64,000 bases of DNA from Heptranchias perlo (lineage: Eukaryota). Below, piece after piece: positions 11,507 to 25,572 of this stretch. Position 1 is the first letter of the stretch. The number at the start of each line of letters is the position of its first letter. The notes beneath the pieces were generated by a model. It worked only from the letters and a program-made list of their open reading frames with translations, did no database searches and had not been told where the DNA came from. The DNA lies in NCBI RefSeq assembly GCF_035084215.1, contig NC_090370.1, positions 7,440,001 through 7,504,000 on the forward strand, given 5' to 3'. The translations under genes were made by a program, and so were the position numbers.

Positions 11507-14500
11507 ATGCTCAAAACCAAATCCTACACTTCCTCGTCCTTGAGCGGCAGCGGTAACTGGGGCGGCAGCGGGAGATCCTCCGTCTCCAGTATGAGGTCCT
11601 TCGGGTCGCGCACCAGCGGCACGAATGTGGTTATACCCCGCGCACTAAGTATGATCCAAAGTCGCAGTCGGACAAGCTCAGCCGGTAGCCGCATGGCTGG
11701 TTACGGTGGTTACGGTGGTGGTTACGGTGGTTACGGTGGTGGTTACGGTGGTGGTTACGGTGCCGGTGGCCGGTCCAGCAGCGCCGGTTTCAGTAGCGGT
11801 CTGTCCTCGGGGATGATCCAGGCATCCACTGCCCTTGACCTGAACACCCCTCTCCCCAAAAATGACACCAGCCTGCAGCAGATCCGGGCGGTTGAGAAGG
11901 GCCAGCTCGAGGGGCTCAACAACAGATTTGCCGATTTCATTGACAAGGTAATTTGAAGAGCTCTCTCCAGTCGGTCGTGTTTGTAACCGAGTGTTTTGTG
12001 TCTTTGCCCAATGACCTGGTGTGACTCTGGGAATGGCTCTTCTCACTTGCCTCCCAGTTCAGTTCAAAGCTAACTGTACATTCATTTTACACCGTCAGGT
12101 TCGTAGGCTGGAAGAGAGAAATAAGCAACTGGATGTCAATCTGAAGTTACTGAACGAACAGGGAACTTACAAATCCAACATCGACAAAATGTTCCAGGCT
12201 TACATTGAGAACCTCAAAAGGCAACTGGGAACTCTAGAGCAGGAGAAGCAAAAGTTCGAGTCTGACCTTCTGCAAATGCAAAGTCTAGTTGAGGACTTTA
12301 AGGGCAAGTAAGTGTGGTGCTGGTGATATTTTTATCCCATTTGTTCTGATCCTGTATCGTTTCTCACGCGAAACAAAGTCCCAGGTTCACACCTTGACAA
12401 GTTGAGCAGGACCGATCAAAATAATCCGCAGGATACTCAATTATAGTAAACTGAAGGAGTGAAAATAACTGTCTGTACTAGTTACAGTTACATTAGTCTG
12501 TGCTGAGTCTGCCAGTGTGACTGGAGGTCTGGGGAGTACACGATGGGGCAGGAAAGTACCTGAGTATGGTGCTCTGGGGAGTATACAATGGAGCAGACAA
12601 GTACCTGACTGTGCGATGGGGCGGAGAAGTACCTGAGTGTGGAGATCTGGGGAGTACACGATGGGGCAGGAAAGTACCTGAGTATGGTGCTCTGGGGAGT
12701 ATACAATGGAGCAGACAAGTACCTGACTGTGCGATGGGGCGGAGAAGTACCTGAGTGTGGAGATCTGGGGAGTACACGATGGGGCGGAGAAGTACCTGAG
12801 TGTGGTGATCTGGGGAGTACACCATGGGGCGGAGAAGTACCTGAGTGTGGTGATCTGGGGAGTACACGATGGGGCGGAGAAGTACCTGAGTGTGGAGGTC
12901 TCGGGTGTTGCCTGTTGACTGTGAGCTGTGGTAAGGGCGGAGTCTCCCAGAGCTTTGCTGAGGTCAGTGACATAGATGAGTTGATTTTGGTAACGGAGGG
13001 GTTGGTGGGTTTGGTAAACTGGGGGTCTGGTCTGAGCAATCCATTCCTTTTAAGCACCAGCAGGACTTCTGCTTCTAAGAGCAAAGGTTGAACATATTTG
13101 GGACGGTGTGTATTTTGTGGAGGGAAATGTATGAAGAATAGTGCATCCGTGGATGAATAGTTGATATTTCAGGAGTGAGGAAATCGTGGCTCGGTGACGG
13201 GGAGCATGGACAGTATTTACTCAGTGTAAGGGGTTCAGATCAACAACCCTGAATCGGTTTACCATGGAATCGGGGCAGAAAGATTTATCTCCATGGAATT
13301 ACCAGTAAAATAATCTGTTTGATTCCAGATACGAAGATGAAATTAACAAGCGCACAGAAATGGAAAATGAGTTTGTCCTGGTGAAGAAGGTGAGCATTAT
13401 TGTATATCTGTCTGCAGGGCCATTGCAAACGGATCCCTTGGCAGAGCTTTTCAAAGTACTGTGTCCCTCTCCTCTTTAGGATGTCGATGACTCCTACATG
13501 AACAAGGTAGAGCTGGAAGCTAAACTGGAAAGTCTCACCGATGAAATCGACTTCCTCAGAACAATCTTTGAAGAGGTAAAAATGTGTCACGATCCAAAAG
13601 TTGGCCTTTTGCTATTTAATCCAATCCAGACTGATCCAATCCAGCTCGAATGCTTCCAATCTCGTTTCAATCTTTCTTTCCCCACCGACCTTTAGGAAAT
13701 CCGTGAGCTGCAGGCACAGATTCAGAACACTGCTGTCAGCGTGGAAGTGGACACCAGCCGCAATCTGAATGTGGACGAGATCGTTTCTCAAGTCAAACTT
13801 CAGTACGAATCACTTGCAAGAAACAGCCGTGCAGAAGCTGACCAATGGAAAGCGACCAAGGTGAGCTGTTTCAAACCCCGATCCCCATGTAACACGTGTA
13901 TTGATAGGTCCGCACCCGGTGGTGAATTGAGAAACCTTTCACTGACCAGTTGCCAATGTTTCATTGCAGATGCAGGAACTGTCCTTGTCATCTGGACAAT
14001 GTAGTGATGACCTCCGCGGGCTGAAAGCACAGATTACTGAGCTGACCAACAAAATCCGTATTCTCAATGGTGATATCGAAAATCTTAAGCAGCAGGTAGG
14101 TAAAGAACTGAAAGCAAACAGGATATTGGTACCAATTGAATAACTGTTGTAAATCCCTCTCTCTCTCTGCGCCCCCCACACCCCCTCATCTCCACACACA
14201 CAAACACACACACAAATACATCACCCTCCCTCCCTCCCAAAATGGGCAAGAGACGGTTGAAATATCAGCTCAATCTGGTATATTTCTGTCACACTTGGTC
14301 TCTCAGTAATGATTACATTTGGACCTCTCGAAGGAAACATTGTGATGTGAATCCAATCCCAATCAGCATGCAATCCTCACCGCACGGCTGTCCCCATTTC
14401 ATTGACATGGGAGAGAAGCAGAGGGTTCGTCTGCTTTCTGGATGACTCGTTTTGAGCGCTGCTCTGATACTCGAAATGCCGATGAAACTGACCATTAATA

Positions 14501-17500
14501 TTTGTGCCACTCAGCGTATCAAACTGGAGGCTGCAATCGGAGAAGCTGAGGAGCGCGGTGAGATGTCTCTCAAAGACGCGAGGATTAGGATTGCTGATCT
14601 GGAAGCTGCCATCACCAAAGCAAAACAAGAGATGGTCAACCAAGTCCGCGAATACCAGGAGCTGATGAATGTCAAGCTGGCTCTGGATATTGAAATTACC
14701 ACCTACAGGAAACTACTGGAGGGAGAGGAGTCCAGGTAGGACATGGGGCAGTTACAAATTCCAGCCATCACACTGAGTACAGATCAGCGTTTCATATACT
14801 GACAGATTACAATCTGTACTTGCATTTTATTTGATCTCTATTAATGGGATGAAGGAATGGCAGGGTAGTCTACAATCACTAACTTTGGTTTAAAGGCTGG
14901 TTAGTATCTAACCAGACACTAACATCACAGTCATCCCAGAATGAACACCTGGACGGTGATTAGTTCTTCCTTTTTCGAGCTGGACCAGTAAAGCTCTCCT
15001 GATGGCTCAGTGGGTAAAGGCATTGTGGAACTGACCAGATGGTCCACCAGGGCAGCAGTTGGGGTGTACAGTTGTGCTCTGTGCCCCGAGCAAGGGAGGG
15101 TAAAAGCAGCCAAGAATCCTGTTCCTGATTGCTATGCAGTGAGTTCTGCGGGAAGGTATTTTTGTTCCTTCCCCATGGTCAAATAGTCTGCTGGCACTTG
15201 CTGAGTGTGCTGACACATGAGGAATGGACACTTTGGGTGAGGGGCTGGAGGGTGACTGTGCCCGGCAGAGGTCAATGTTGCTGGGAGGGGGAGAAGATTG
15301 GTAAACTGAAGGATAATATGTCTGTGAATATACTGCAAATACCTGTTGTAATGTGAATGTGTTTCCCTTATTAACAGGATAGATTCTGGGATACAAACCA
15401 TCAGCATCCAGCAAATACAAGGGCAGGGTAAGAGAACTAATAATTCAAAGTTGGGATAAATGGGGAAAACTGGAAATCTGAAACAAAAATGGAAAATTCT
15501 GGAAATACATAGTTAACCGCATGAAAAGTGAAAAGGCAGGTTCTCATTTCAAGTATAGAGCCTTGGGCAGGTGCCTGTGTTCTGATGATTGGTCTGCAGT
15601 GCCCCCCCGAACCTCAACCTCTCTTTGTTCTGTTTTCAGAGGCTGACGGACCTGCTGTGTATTTCCAGCACTTTCTGTTCTCATTTTAATAATTCATAAT
15701 TGTTATCAATGTCGCTGTGTTTAATGATGAGATTAACAGCTTTTTAATGTCAGGGCAAGAAGCAATTACTTCTAATAAAACTGAACTTCCCTTCCTGGCC
15801 CCCATGCTAGCTGATATTATTAATGGTTCCCTCTCCTCTGGTACTGTCCCCCTGCATTTCATATCAGCTATCATCACCCTCCTCCTCAAAAAACCCACCC
15901 TTGACCCTCTGTCCTTGCAAACTACCGCCCCATCTCCAACCTCCCTTTCCTCACCAAAGTCCTTGAACGTGCTGTCGCCTGCAAAATCTGTGCTCATCTT
16001 TCCCGCAACTCCATGTTTGGACCTCTTCCATCAGATTTCTGCCCCTGCCACAGTACTGAAACGGCCCTAATCAAAGTCACAAATGACATCCTACGTGATT
16101 TATCATGGTAAATTCCTCCTCCTTCTTGACCTGTCTTCAGCCTTTGACACAGTTGACCACACCATCCTCCTCCAACACCTCTTCTCCTTTGGTTAGCTGA
16201 ATGGGACTGCCTTCTCCTGGTTCCATTCCTATCCGTCCAGTCATGGCCAGAGAATTTCCTGCACCATTAGCTCTGGAGTCTCCCAAGGATCTATCCTTGG
16301 ACCACTCCTATTTCTATCTACCTGCTGCTCCTCAGCGACATCATCCGAAAACGCAACGTCAGATTCCACATGTACACTGATGACACCCTCCTCTACCTCA
16401 TGCCTTTTTTATCTCTAGACTCCACTATTCCAATGCTCTCTTGGCCGGCCTCCTGCCTTCCACCCTCAATAAACTTCAGCTCATCCAATACTCTGCTGCA
16501 CATATCCTAACTCGCATCAAGTCACGTTCACCCATCACCCCTGTGCTCGATAACTTACGTTGACTCCTGGTTTGGCAACAACTCGAATATAAATTTATCA
16601 TCCTTGTGTTCAAATCAATCAATGGCATCGCCCTCCCTATCTCTGTAACCTCCTGCAGCATTACAATTTTTAAAAATTCATTCATGGGATGTGGGCGTCG
16701 CTGGCAAGGCCAGCATTTATTGCCCATCCCTAATTGCCCTTGAGAAGGTGGTGGTGAGCCGCCTTCTTGAACCGCTGCAGTCCGTGTGGTGAAGGTTCTC
16801 CCACAGTGCTGTGAGGGAGAGAGTTCCAGGATTTTGACCCAGCGACGATGAAGGAACAGTGATATATTTCCAAGTCAGGATGGTGTGTGACTTGGAGGGG
16901 AACATGCAGGTGGTGTTGTTCCCATGCGCCTGCTGCCCTTGTCCTTCTCGATGATAGAGGTTGCGGGTTTGGGAGGTACTGTTGAAGAAGCCTTGGCAAG
17001 CTGCTGCAGTGCATCTTGTAGATGGTACACACTGCAGCCATGTTGCGCCGGTGGAGAAGGGAGTGAATGTTTAGGGTGGTGGATGGGGTGCCAATCAAGT
17101 GGGCTGCTTTGTCCTGGATGGCATCGAGCTTCTTGAGTGTTGTTGGAGCTGCACTCATCCAGGCAAGTGGAGAGTATTCCATCACACTCCTGACTTGTGC
17201 CTTGTAAATGGGGGAAAGGCTTTGGGGAATCAGGAGCTGAGTCACTTGCCACAGAATAACCAGCCTCTGACCTGCTCTTGTAGCCACAGTATTTATGTGG
17301 CTGGTCCAGTTAAGTTTCTGGTCAATGGTGACCTCCAAGATGTTGATGGTAGGGGTTTCGGCGATGGTATTGCCATTGAATGTAAAGGGGGCATTTGAAT
17401 GTCAAAGCTCTGAGATCGCTGCACTCCTCCAATTCTGGCCTCTTACGCATCCCCGATTTCCATCGCCAGTGGCGGCCGCGGTCAGCTGCCTAGGCCCTAA

Positions 17501-17935
17501 GTTCTGGAATTCCCTCCCTAAACCTATCCGCCTCTCCACCTCCTTTAAGACGCTCCTTAAAACCTACCTTTTTGAGCAAACTTTGGGTGTCCTGTCCTAA
17601 TTTCTCCTTATGCGGCTCGGTGTCAAATTTTGTTTGATGATCACTCCTTGCCTTGGGCTGTTTTACTACATTAAAGGCGCTATATAATTGCAAGTTGTTG
17701 TACTTGTACTTTTAATTGATTTTAAGGGTGTTTTTCCCCCTTTACAGGTAATTTTCAGGATTTTAGTTCAATGAGTGGTGGAATAACTGGATATGTCCAA
17801 AGCAGCGGGCATGGCATGGAAACCTCTAATGTTTCAGGAGGCAAATCTGGTTTCAGTAGTGGCGGAGGTGTCAGCAAAACCTTGATTGTGAAATCAGTGG
17901 AGCATACCAGTGGTGGATATACAAGTACATCTTGA
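11507..17935 (+). CDS. Type II cytoskeletal keratin (K8-like), copy 1, 518 aa, tail A
   Basis: join(11507..11947,12099..12307,13329..13389,13480..13575,13696..13860,13970..14095,14515..14735,15378..15427,17748..17935) = 1557 nt, open, all GT-AG. Internal exon sizes 209/61/96/165/126/221 match type II keratins. Motifs: [66 protein letters not shown]. Ser/Gly/GYGG-rich head. Confidence 0.93.
12522..12901. repeat. Intron-2 G-rich minisatellite (45-bp and 28-bp units), copy 1, 380 bp
   Basis: Unit GGGGAGTACACGATGGGGCGGAGAAGTACCTGAGTGTGGTGATCT plus short unit TGGAGCAGACAAGTACCTGACTGTGCGA; bounded by TGGAGGTCT at both ends. Confidence 0.95.
15000..15250 (+). mobile_element. Probable tRNA-derived SINE remnant in intron 7 (all copies)
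   Basis: A-box-like TGGCTCAGTGGG, then gggcagcagttggggtg...cctgttcctgattgctatgcagtga, which resembles from memory an old elasmobranch SINE body. Boundaries approximate. Confidence 0.4.
15777..17700. mobile_element. Intron-8 L2 (+) with nested family-B LINE (-), unit 2
   Basis: Duplicate of 196-3631 without the CR1 insertion. Confidence 0.8.
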
Positions 17936-18731
17936 ATCAATGAGGGATAAACTCGTGCCAGCAATGTCTCTTACTGGCCCACATTTTCAGAGGCTGTATT
18001 TCCTCTACCTGCTGATTTTAATGCAGTGGTTAACAGGTTTGGATTAACTTCATGTCTGCTATTTGGAACACCATCATTAACCTGTTCATTTTAAATAGTT
18101 AAACGACATGAAATTAACATCAATAGCTTAACCAGTGCACTAAAAACATCGCACAGAGAAAATTAAACCTAGTAAAGGCCTATAGTTTGGGTTTGTGGGA
18201 AAACCGGTCAAGAAACTCACACTTTATTTGTTGGCCCCTTTAAAATGGGAAATAAACCAAAGTTTTCGGTGCTGATGTCTGTTTCATGATTCTCTATCAT
18301 TTTGTACTGGGGATTTATCTTTTATGACACTCCTGTTATACTGAATAAACTTCTAATCTACAAACCTGGACTGCTTTTTGCTTAAGCACAATATTAAGTT
18401 AGTGAAAAGAACAAGTTTCATACAGAGTGAATTTAAGAATTTTTTAATATTTAGCATTAAGGTTGATGCAATGTTATGAAATGTAGAAAGATTATTTTGT
18501 GTATTCCATATAAAAAACACACCAGACCATTACTGCAATCAATCAGAGCATGGATCGAGATACAGTAAAGTCTAATAGCAATCTGAGCTCCACCTTCTCC
18601 TCCACCAATGATGTTACTTTTTCCATCATCTGAGAATACCAACACTGGACATGAGATTTTTTTGAATTTCCAGAACATTCTCCTTTCCCAATGGTCACAA
18701 TCCAGCTTGTGTATCAAATAAGCAGCCCACC

Positions 18732-21700
18732 TCATAGAATCAGAGAATGATACGGCACAGAAGGAGGCCATTCAGCCCATTGTGCCTGTGCCGGCTCTTT
18801 AAAGAGCTATCCAATTAGTCCCACTTCTCTGCTCTTTCTCCGCAGCCCTGTAATTTTTTCCCCTTCAAGTATTTATCCAAGTCCCTTTTGAAAGTTATTA
18901 TTGAATCTGCTTCCACCACCCTTTCAGGCAGTGCATTCCAGATCACAACAACTCGCGGTGTAAAAAAACATGTCCTCATGTCGCCTCTGCTTCTTTTGCC
19001 AGTCACCTTAAATCTGTGTCCTCTGGTTACCAACCCTTCTGCCACTGGAAACAGTTTCTCCTTATTTGCTCTATCAAAACCATTCATGATTTTGAACACC
19101 TCTATCAAATATCTATGGGCTAGTGTAAGATGCATTAGGTTAGAACACTGGCCCTGGGGCCTGTCTTCAAATCCAGTCCAGACTGATCGAGGAAACTATC
19201 CTTTATCTACTAGCTGTAAGTGTCCTACATAAAATGAGTTTGTGCCGTCTCTACCCTGTTCCAAATAAGTATAGGCCGACAGTACAAAACGGTCCCTAAT
19301 CATAGAATGGTTACAGCACAGAAGGAGGCCATTCGGCCCATCGAGCCCGTGCCAGTTCTTTGTAAGAACAATCCAGTTAGTCTCCTTCTCTTACCCCATA
19401 GCTCTGTAAACTTTTTCCCTTCAAGTATTTATCCAATTCCTTTGCAGCAATAAACACTAAGTAAGCAGCCTCACTCAGTGAGGCCACAGGATAGCTTGTG
19501 TGAAATATCATACCGATGCAGTAATGCCATAGGGACTGAGGCACATTCTTGGGGCAGAGAAAAGGAGCTCTACTCTGTATCAAGCCATGCTTCCAAAACT
19601 GACCTGGGCATGTTTGATATCGACTGGGTAACCAAAATGGAAAGTGTTACATTCCCCAGCACTAACATTTGTTTAGATTAACTTACAGTATAACTCAGGG
19701 AATCCATAAGGAATGGGCCACACAATGGCAAATGGCATTTAACTTAGATAAATGTCATGTCATGCATGTTGGTATGACCAACACAGAATACATTTATCAT
19801 TTACAGGGAACAACACTGAAAGAGATAAAATGATCGAGGTGTTATTGTGCACAGATCACTGAAGGTTCATGACCAATGTAGAGAAGTTGTAGCTAAAGTT
19901 AACAGGGTGTTGGGTTTTATTAATAGAACCATTCAGTATAAATCAAAGGACACCATTCTGTCATTATACAGGTCACTTGTACTGTGCCCAGTTTTGGTCC
20001 CCCCACATGGTGGGTGATGAATGGTCTTGGAAAAGGTTCAGAGGAGAGCTACAAGAATGGTTCCTATCTTCAACAATCATAGTCACTCATTGGGGTTAAA
20101 GAGCTGGGTCAATTTATGTGAAAAGAGCGTAGGCTTAAAGGTGACCTGATAGAGGTCTATAAAATAATTAAAGGCTGGATAGCGTCCCTATCAATAGATT
20201 ATTCCAATTAAACAGATTGGGGAGGACCAGGGGACAGGAATTTAAACTATATAAGAGTGGGAATAGACTGATAGATTGGATGTTAGGCGGTTCTTCTTTT
20301 CCCAGAGAGTAGTGAGTCTCTGGAACACATTGCTGGCTGGTGTGGTGTGTGCTGACTCTCTGCTTTCAATGGGAAGCTGGACAGGTTCTTGACTGGGGCA
20401 GAGGTCGAATCGTATGGAAGGTAAATGGCTTGATAGATAACACTTGGTCCATGTAATTTCCTGGTTTGGTTTAGATTGCCTGAGGGGGTCAGAGAAGAAT
20501 TTTGCAGAGCAGTTTTTCCCTTATTAGCCCTGGGTTTTCACCTCTCCCAGAGGATTACATGCCTGCAGAGGGGGTGGGAAGTTGTGGGCTTGGGGGGGTT
20601 GGTGTGGGGAGGGTTTTTAGGAAGTGTCTGGTCATGATGCTCCAGCCATCATGAGTGTGGGACAGGCTTGATGGACCAGCTGGTCATTTCCTGCCTGTTA
20701 TTTTCAAATGTAAGGAATCTTACAACACCAGGTTATAGTCCAACTGTTTTATTTGAAAATCACAAGCTTTCGGAGGCTTTCTCCTTCGTCAGGTGAGTGT
20801 GGGATTGCATGGAAGCCTCCGAAAGCTTGTGATTTTCAAATAAAACAGTTGGACTATAACCTGGTGTTGTAAGATTCCTTACATTTGTCAACCCCAGTCC
20901 ATCACCGGCATCTCCACATCATGTTATTTTCATATGTTTGTATGCAGGGTAAGACGTCTTAATCTCTGATGTTGGAATCACACAAAGAGTAATCAATAAC
21001 TGGAATGGTCTTTTTGGTTAGGAAATGGAATCAAAAACTTTGTCCTTGTTCAAGAGGCAATTGTATGGTCTGGAGGGTCATAAACTTCTACGGAAGGTAG
21101 ATTTAGATGGGCTCAATGGCCCCCCTGCAATGTTCCAGAACTAGCTGTGCCTCTAGCCAAACTCTTCCAGTACAGCTACAACACTGGCATCTACCCGACA
21201 ATGCGGAAAATTGCCCAGGTATGTCCTATCCACAAAAAGCAGGACAATTCCAATCCGGCCAATTACCGCCCCATCCGTCCACTCTCAATCATCAGCAAAG
21301 TGATGGAAGGTGTCGACAACAGTGCTATCAAGCGGCACTTATTCACCAATAACCTGCTCACTGATGTTCAGTTTGGGTTCCACCTGGACCACTCAGCTCC
21401 AGACCTCATTACAGCCTTGGTCCAAACATGGACAAAAGATCTGAATTACAGAGGTGAGCTGAGAGTGACTGCCCTTGACATCAAGGCAGCATTTGACTGA
21501 GTGTGGCACCAAGGAGCCCGAGTAAAATTGAAGTAAAAGGGAATCAGGGGGAAAACTCTCCAGTGGCTGGAGTCATACCGAGCACAAAGGAAGATATTAG
21601 TGGTTGTTGGAGGCCAATCATCTCAGCCTCAGGACATTGCTGCAGGAGTTCCTCAGGGCAGTGACCTAGGCCCAACCATCTTCAGTTGCTTCATCAATTA

Positions 21701-24670
21701 CCTTCCCTCCATCATTAGGTCAGAAATGGGGATGCAGCAAGACCTGGACAACATCCAGGCTTGGGCCGATAAGTGGCAAGTAACATTTGGGCCAGACAAG
21801 CGGCAGGGATGGGCAACAAATGCTGGCCTTGCCAGCGACACCCACATCCCATGAACGAGAAAAACAAACCTACATTTGTGATTTTAGTGATACCAGTTTT
21901 TCAGGGACTATTTTCACCCTTTGTGAGATGCACTATGTGATCCCAGATCAGTCTGGGCATTTCAAATTTCCTGTAAGAATAAACTAAGAAAACCACTGAG
22001 AGTGAAATGGGAAAAATCAACATGAAAATACCCGTTAAAAATCCACTAACACAACAAATTGGTCCACAAGCTGCATTTGATTCCATCGGCCCAAATACCC
22101 AAGATCACAAACAACCAGATTGCATGGAATAGGAATATTCCTCCTCGGAATTGGCCACGTATATATGGATCCTCTTTTCCCTTTAAATCATTCTTATTTG
22201 AACTATCTGTTCCCCACACTTCAGCAATCTTAAAGTTACCACTGGGTGAACAGGACGCACCAGGGATCCTGGTGTGCTTCCACACTATACCAGCTGGTGG
22301 AGCTCTTGGGACATAGCAGACTGGGCATTTTATTGCTCTGGTGTTCGGCCAAGCGGTCGATTCGTTCAATCTGCTGTCACACTCTGCTGCTATCAATTCT
22401 GTGAACCTGAAAGAGCAAAAGCGAGTTTAATCCTCAGCTGATTGTGGCGAGGGAACTCTGCTACAAACGACAACTTGCAGTTATATTGCGCTTTTAACGT
22501 GGTAAAACATCCCAAGGCGCTTCACAGGAGGGCAGTCAGATAAAAATTGACACCGAGCCACAGAAGGAGACATTAGGACAGGTGAAGAGGTAGGTTTTAA
22601 GGAGGGTTTTAAAATAGGAGAGAGAGGTAGAGAGGTTTAGGGTGGGAATTCCAGAGCTTAGGGCCTAGGCAGCTGAAGATATCACTGCCAATGATGGGGC
22701 GAAGGAAGTGGGGAGATGTACAAGAGGCCAGAATTGGAGGAGCGCAGAGATCTCGAAGGGTTGTAGGGCTGGAGGAGTTTACAGTGATAAGGAGGGGCGA
22801 GGCCATGGAGGGATTTGAATACGAGGATGAGAGCTTTAAAATCGAGGTGTTCAGGGACTGGGAGCCAATGTAGGTCAGCGGGTACAGGGGTGATGGGCGA
22901 ACGGGGTTTGGTGCAAGTTATGATACGGGCAGCAGAGTTTTGGATGAGCTCAACTTTATGGAGAGTGGAGGATGTGAGGCCGGCCAGGAAAGCATTGGGT
23001 TTTAGCAGCAGATGAGGCAGGGGCGGAGACAGGTGCAAGTAGGTGCTCTTTGTGATGGAGAGGATACGGGGTCGGAAGCTCACCTCAGGACCAATTATGA
23101 CGCCCGGGTTGTGAACAGAAACATCAACTCTCACACGAGACTGACCATTCAATTGTGACAGAGGAGTGAAATCCCACCAACAATGGAACCACGATTTCAA
23201 TCACACCTGACGGTTCTCCTCTATTCCTCAAGGAGTATTTTAACCCTTTCTTCCCAGATGAGTCAATGCTTCCTGGCCTAATAAACATTTCTCCCACTTT
23301 GGACTGTTCTAAAATAAGCCCGTTGCAATATTCTTTCCTGATTGACCAGAGACTGTTTATGATTAACTCTTACACTTGAATTTCCGACTGGTCTGGAAAA
23401 GCTTTCGAAGATTGTTTTGATCCCAGACTGGGAAGGTTTCTTGGTTTTGCCTCTTTTGACAGTAAAATGGTAGGTACAGCAAAGGAGGAGGCCATTCAGC
23501 CCATCGTGCCTGTGCCGGCTGGTTGAAAGAGCTATCCAATTAGTCCCATTCCCCTGCTCTTTCTCCATAGCCCTGTACATTTTTCCCTTCAAGTATTTAT
23601 CCAATTCCCATTTGAAAGTTACAATTGAATCTGCTTCCACCACCGTTTCAGGGAGTGAATTCCAGATCATTACAACTCCTGCATAAAACATTGTTTCCTC
23701 GTGTTGCCCTTGGCTCTTTTGCAGATCACATTAAAAATGTGTCCTCTGGTCACCGATCCCTCTGCCACTGGAAATAGTTTCTCCTTATTTACAAAGGAAG
23801 ATGGTAGTGGTTGTTGGAGGCCAATGATCTGAGCCCCAGGACGTTGCTGCAGGAGTTCCTCAGGGTAGTGTCCTCGGCCCAACCATCTTCAGCTGCTTCA
23901 TCAATGACCTTCCCTCCATCATAAGGTCAGAAATGGGGATGTTCGCTGATGATTGCACAGTGTTCAGTTCCGTTCGCAACCCCTCAGATAATGAAGCAGT
24001 CGGTGCCTGCATGCAGCATGACCTGGACAACATCCAGGCTTGGGCTCATAAGTGGCAAGTAACATTCGCACCAGACAAGTGGCAGGCAATGACCATCTCA
24101 AACAAGAGTCGAACCACCTCCCCTTGACATTCAACGGCATTACCATCGCCAAACCCCGCACCATCAACATCCTGGGGGTCACCATTGACCAGAAACTTAA
24201 CTGGACCAGTCACATAAATACTGTGGCTACAAGAGCAGGTCAGAGGCTGGGTATTCTGCAGCGAGTATCTCACCTCCTGACTCCCCAAAGCCTTTCCACC
24301 ATCTACATGGCACACGTCAGGAGTGTGATGGAATACTCTCCACTTGTCTGGATGAGTGCAGCTCCAACAACACTCAAGAAGCTTGACACCATCCAGGACA
24401 AAGCAGCCCGCTTGATTGGCAGCCTATCCACCACCCTAAACATTCACTCCCTCCACCATCGTCGCTGGGTCAAAATCCAGGAACTCCCTTCCCAACAGCA
24501 CTGTGGGAGAACCTTCACCACATGGACTGCAGCGGTTCAAGAAGGCGGCTCACCACCACCTTCTCAAGGGCAATTGGGGATGGCCAATAAATGCTGGACT
24601 TGCCAGCGACGCCCACATCCCATGAATGAATAAAAAAACTCTATCAATCCGTTCATGATTTTGAACACCA
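18732..24670. mobile_element. Intergenic stack of CR1, L2, family-B and Penelope fragments, unit 2
   Basis: Duplicate of 4663-10603; Penelope palindrome at 20708-20921. Confidence 0.75.
20760..20796 (-). ncRNA. Minimal hammerhead ribozyme motif, unit 2
   Basis: Identical to 6673-6709. Confidence 0.7.
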
Positions 24671-25572
24671 TTATGTTGGAGGTGAAATGACTTTTCTTCT
24701 GTTGCGGGTCCGCCAGCTGTAACCCCGCCCAAGCAAACAGTCTCAGAAACAGCCGCAGGGTGTGACCGAGATGGGAGCTCAGACAATCCCTACATCACGA
24801 TTTAACCCTTTATGTGCCGCAACATGCAGCTACCAACAGGGAAAAAGTGACTTAAAGATCGACAAATCCATAAACTAATTTCTTTACGCACAGAAAGCAA
24901 GCGAGCTATTCATACACCAATAAAAGATCACCACCCACACTTAAAGCCGCGGAATGTCCCTCACTAATGGACTATCCGATCTACTATCTCCATTTATAAT
25001 GATGTGGAGATGCCGGTGATGGACTGGGGTTGACAATTGTAAACAATTTTACAACACCAAGTTATAGTCCAACGATTTTTATTTGAAATCTACAAGCTTT
25101 CGGAGGCTTCCTCCTTCAGGTAAATGTCTGAAGGCTTGTAGATTTCAAATAAAATCGTTGGACTATAACTTGGTGTTGTAAAATCCATTTATAATGATGA
25201 TGTCCACCGGAATTGGTGGGCTATCAAACAGCTCCTTCACATGGTCACTTGGAGCCGACCAGCTCTACACACAGCTGATGGTCTGAAGGCAGGAGTCTGC
25301 TTCCAAGATCCACACATTTTTGCTGACGCCAAGTTGGCCTGTGGCAGTGAAAGCAATAACCAGGTGTTGCTGCCCGGCAAAGGGACAGGTTGGAACCCAT
25401 GGGAGAGGGGGGCGGGTGGCCCCTCCTCTATATCGGCTGCTCCATTCCCATCCCTGTTATCTGACACCCTGACCAAGCCCAGATCCACACAGCCCATAAA
25501 AGCAGCAAAAACCGCCCTCACCTCCACCAGTCCATCAGTTTCCGACTCTCCGCTCACTCAAACAACAGCATC

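Noticed and set aside
11175-11543. 122-aa ORF upstream of and overlapping the keratin start
   Set aside because: It spans the promoter, has no recognisable domain, and is frameshifted in copy 3 by a 1-bp deletion in the G run.
17751-17766. Alternative exon-9 acceptor attttcag|ga 11 nt downstream
   Set aside because: It gives an immediate stop (GGA TTT TAG) and has a weak pyrimidine tract. The upstream acceptor is the one conserved with tail B.
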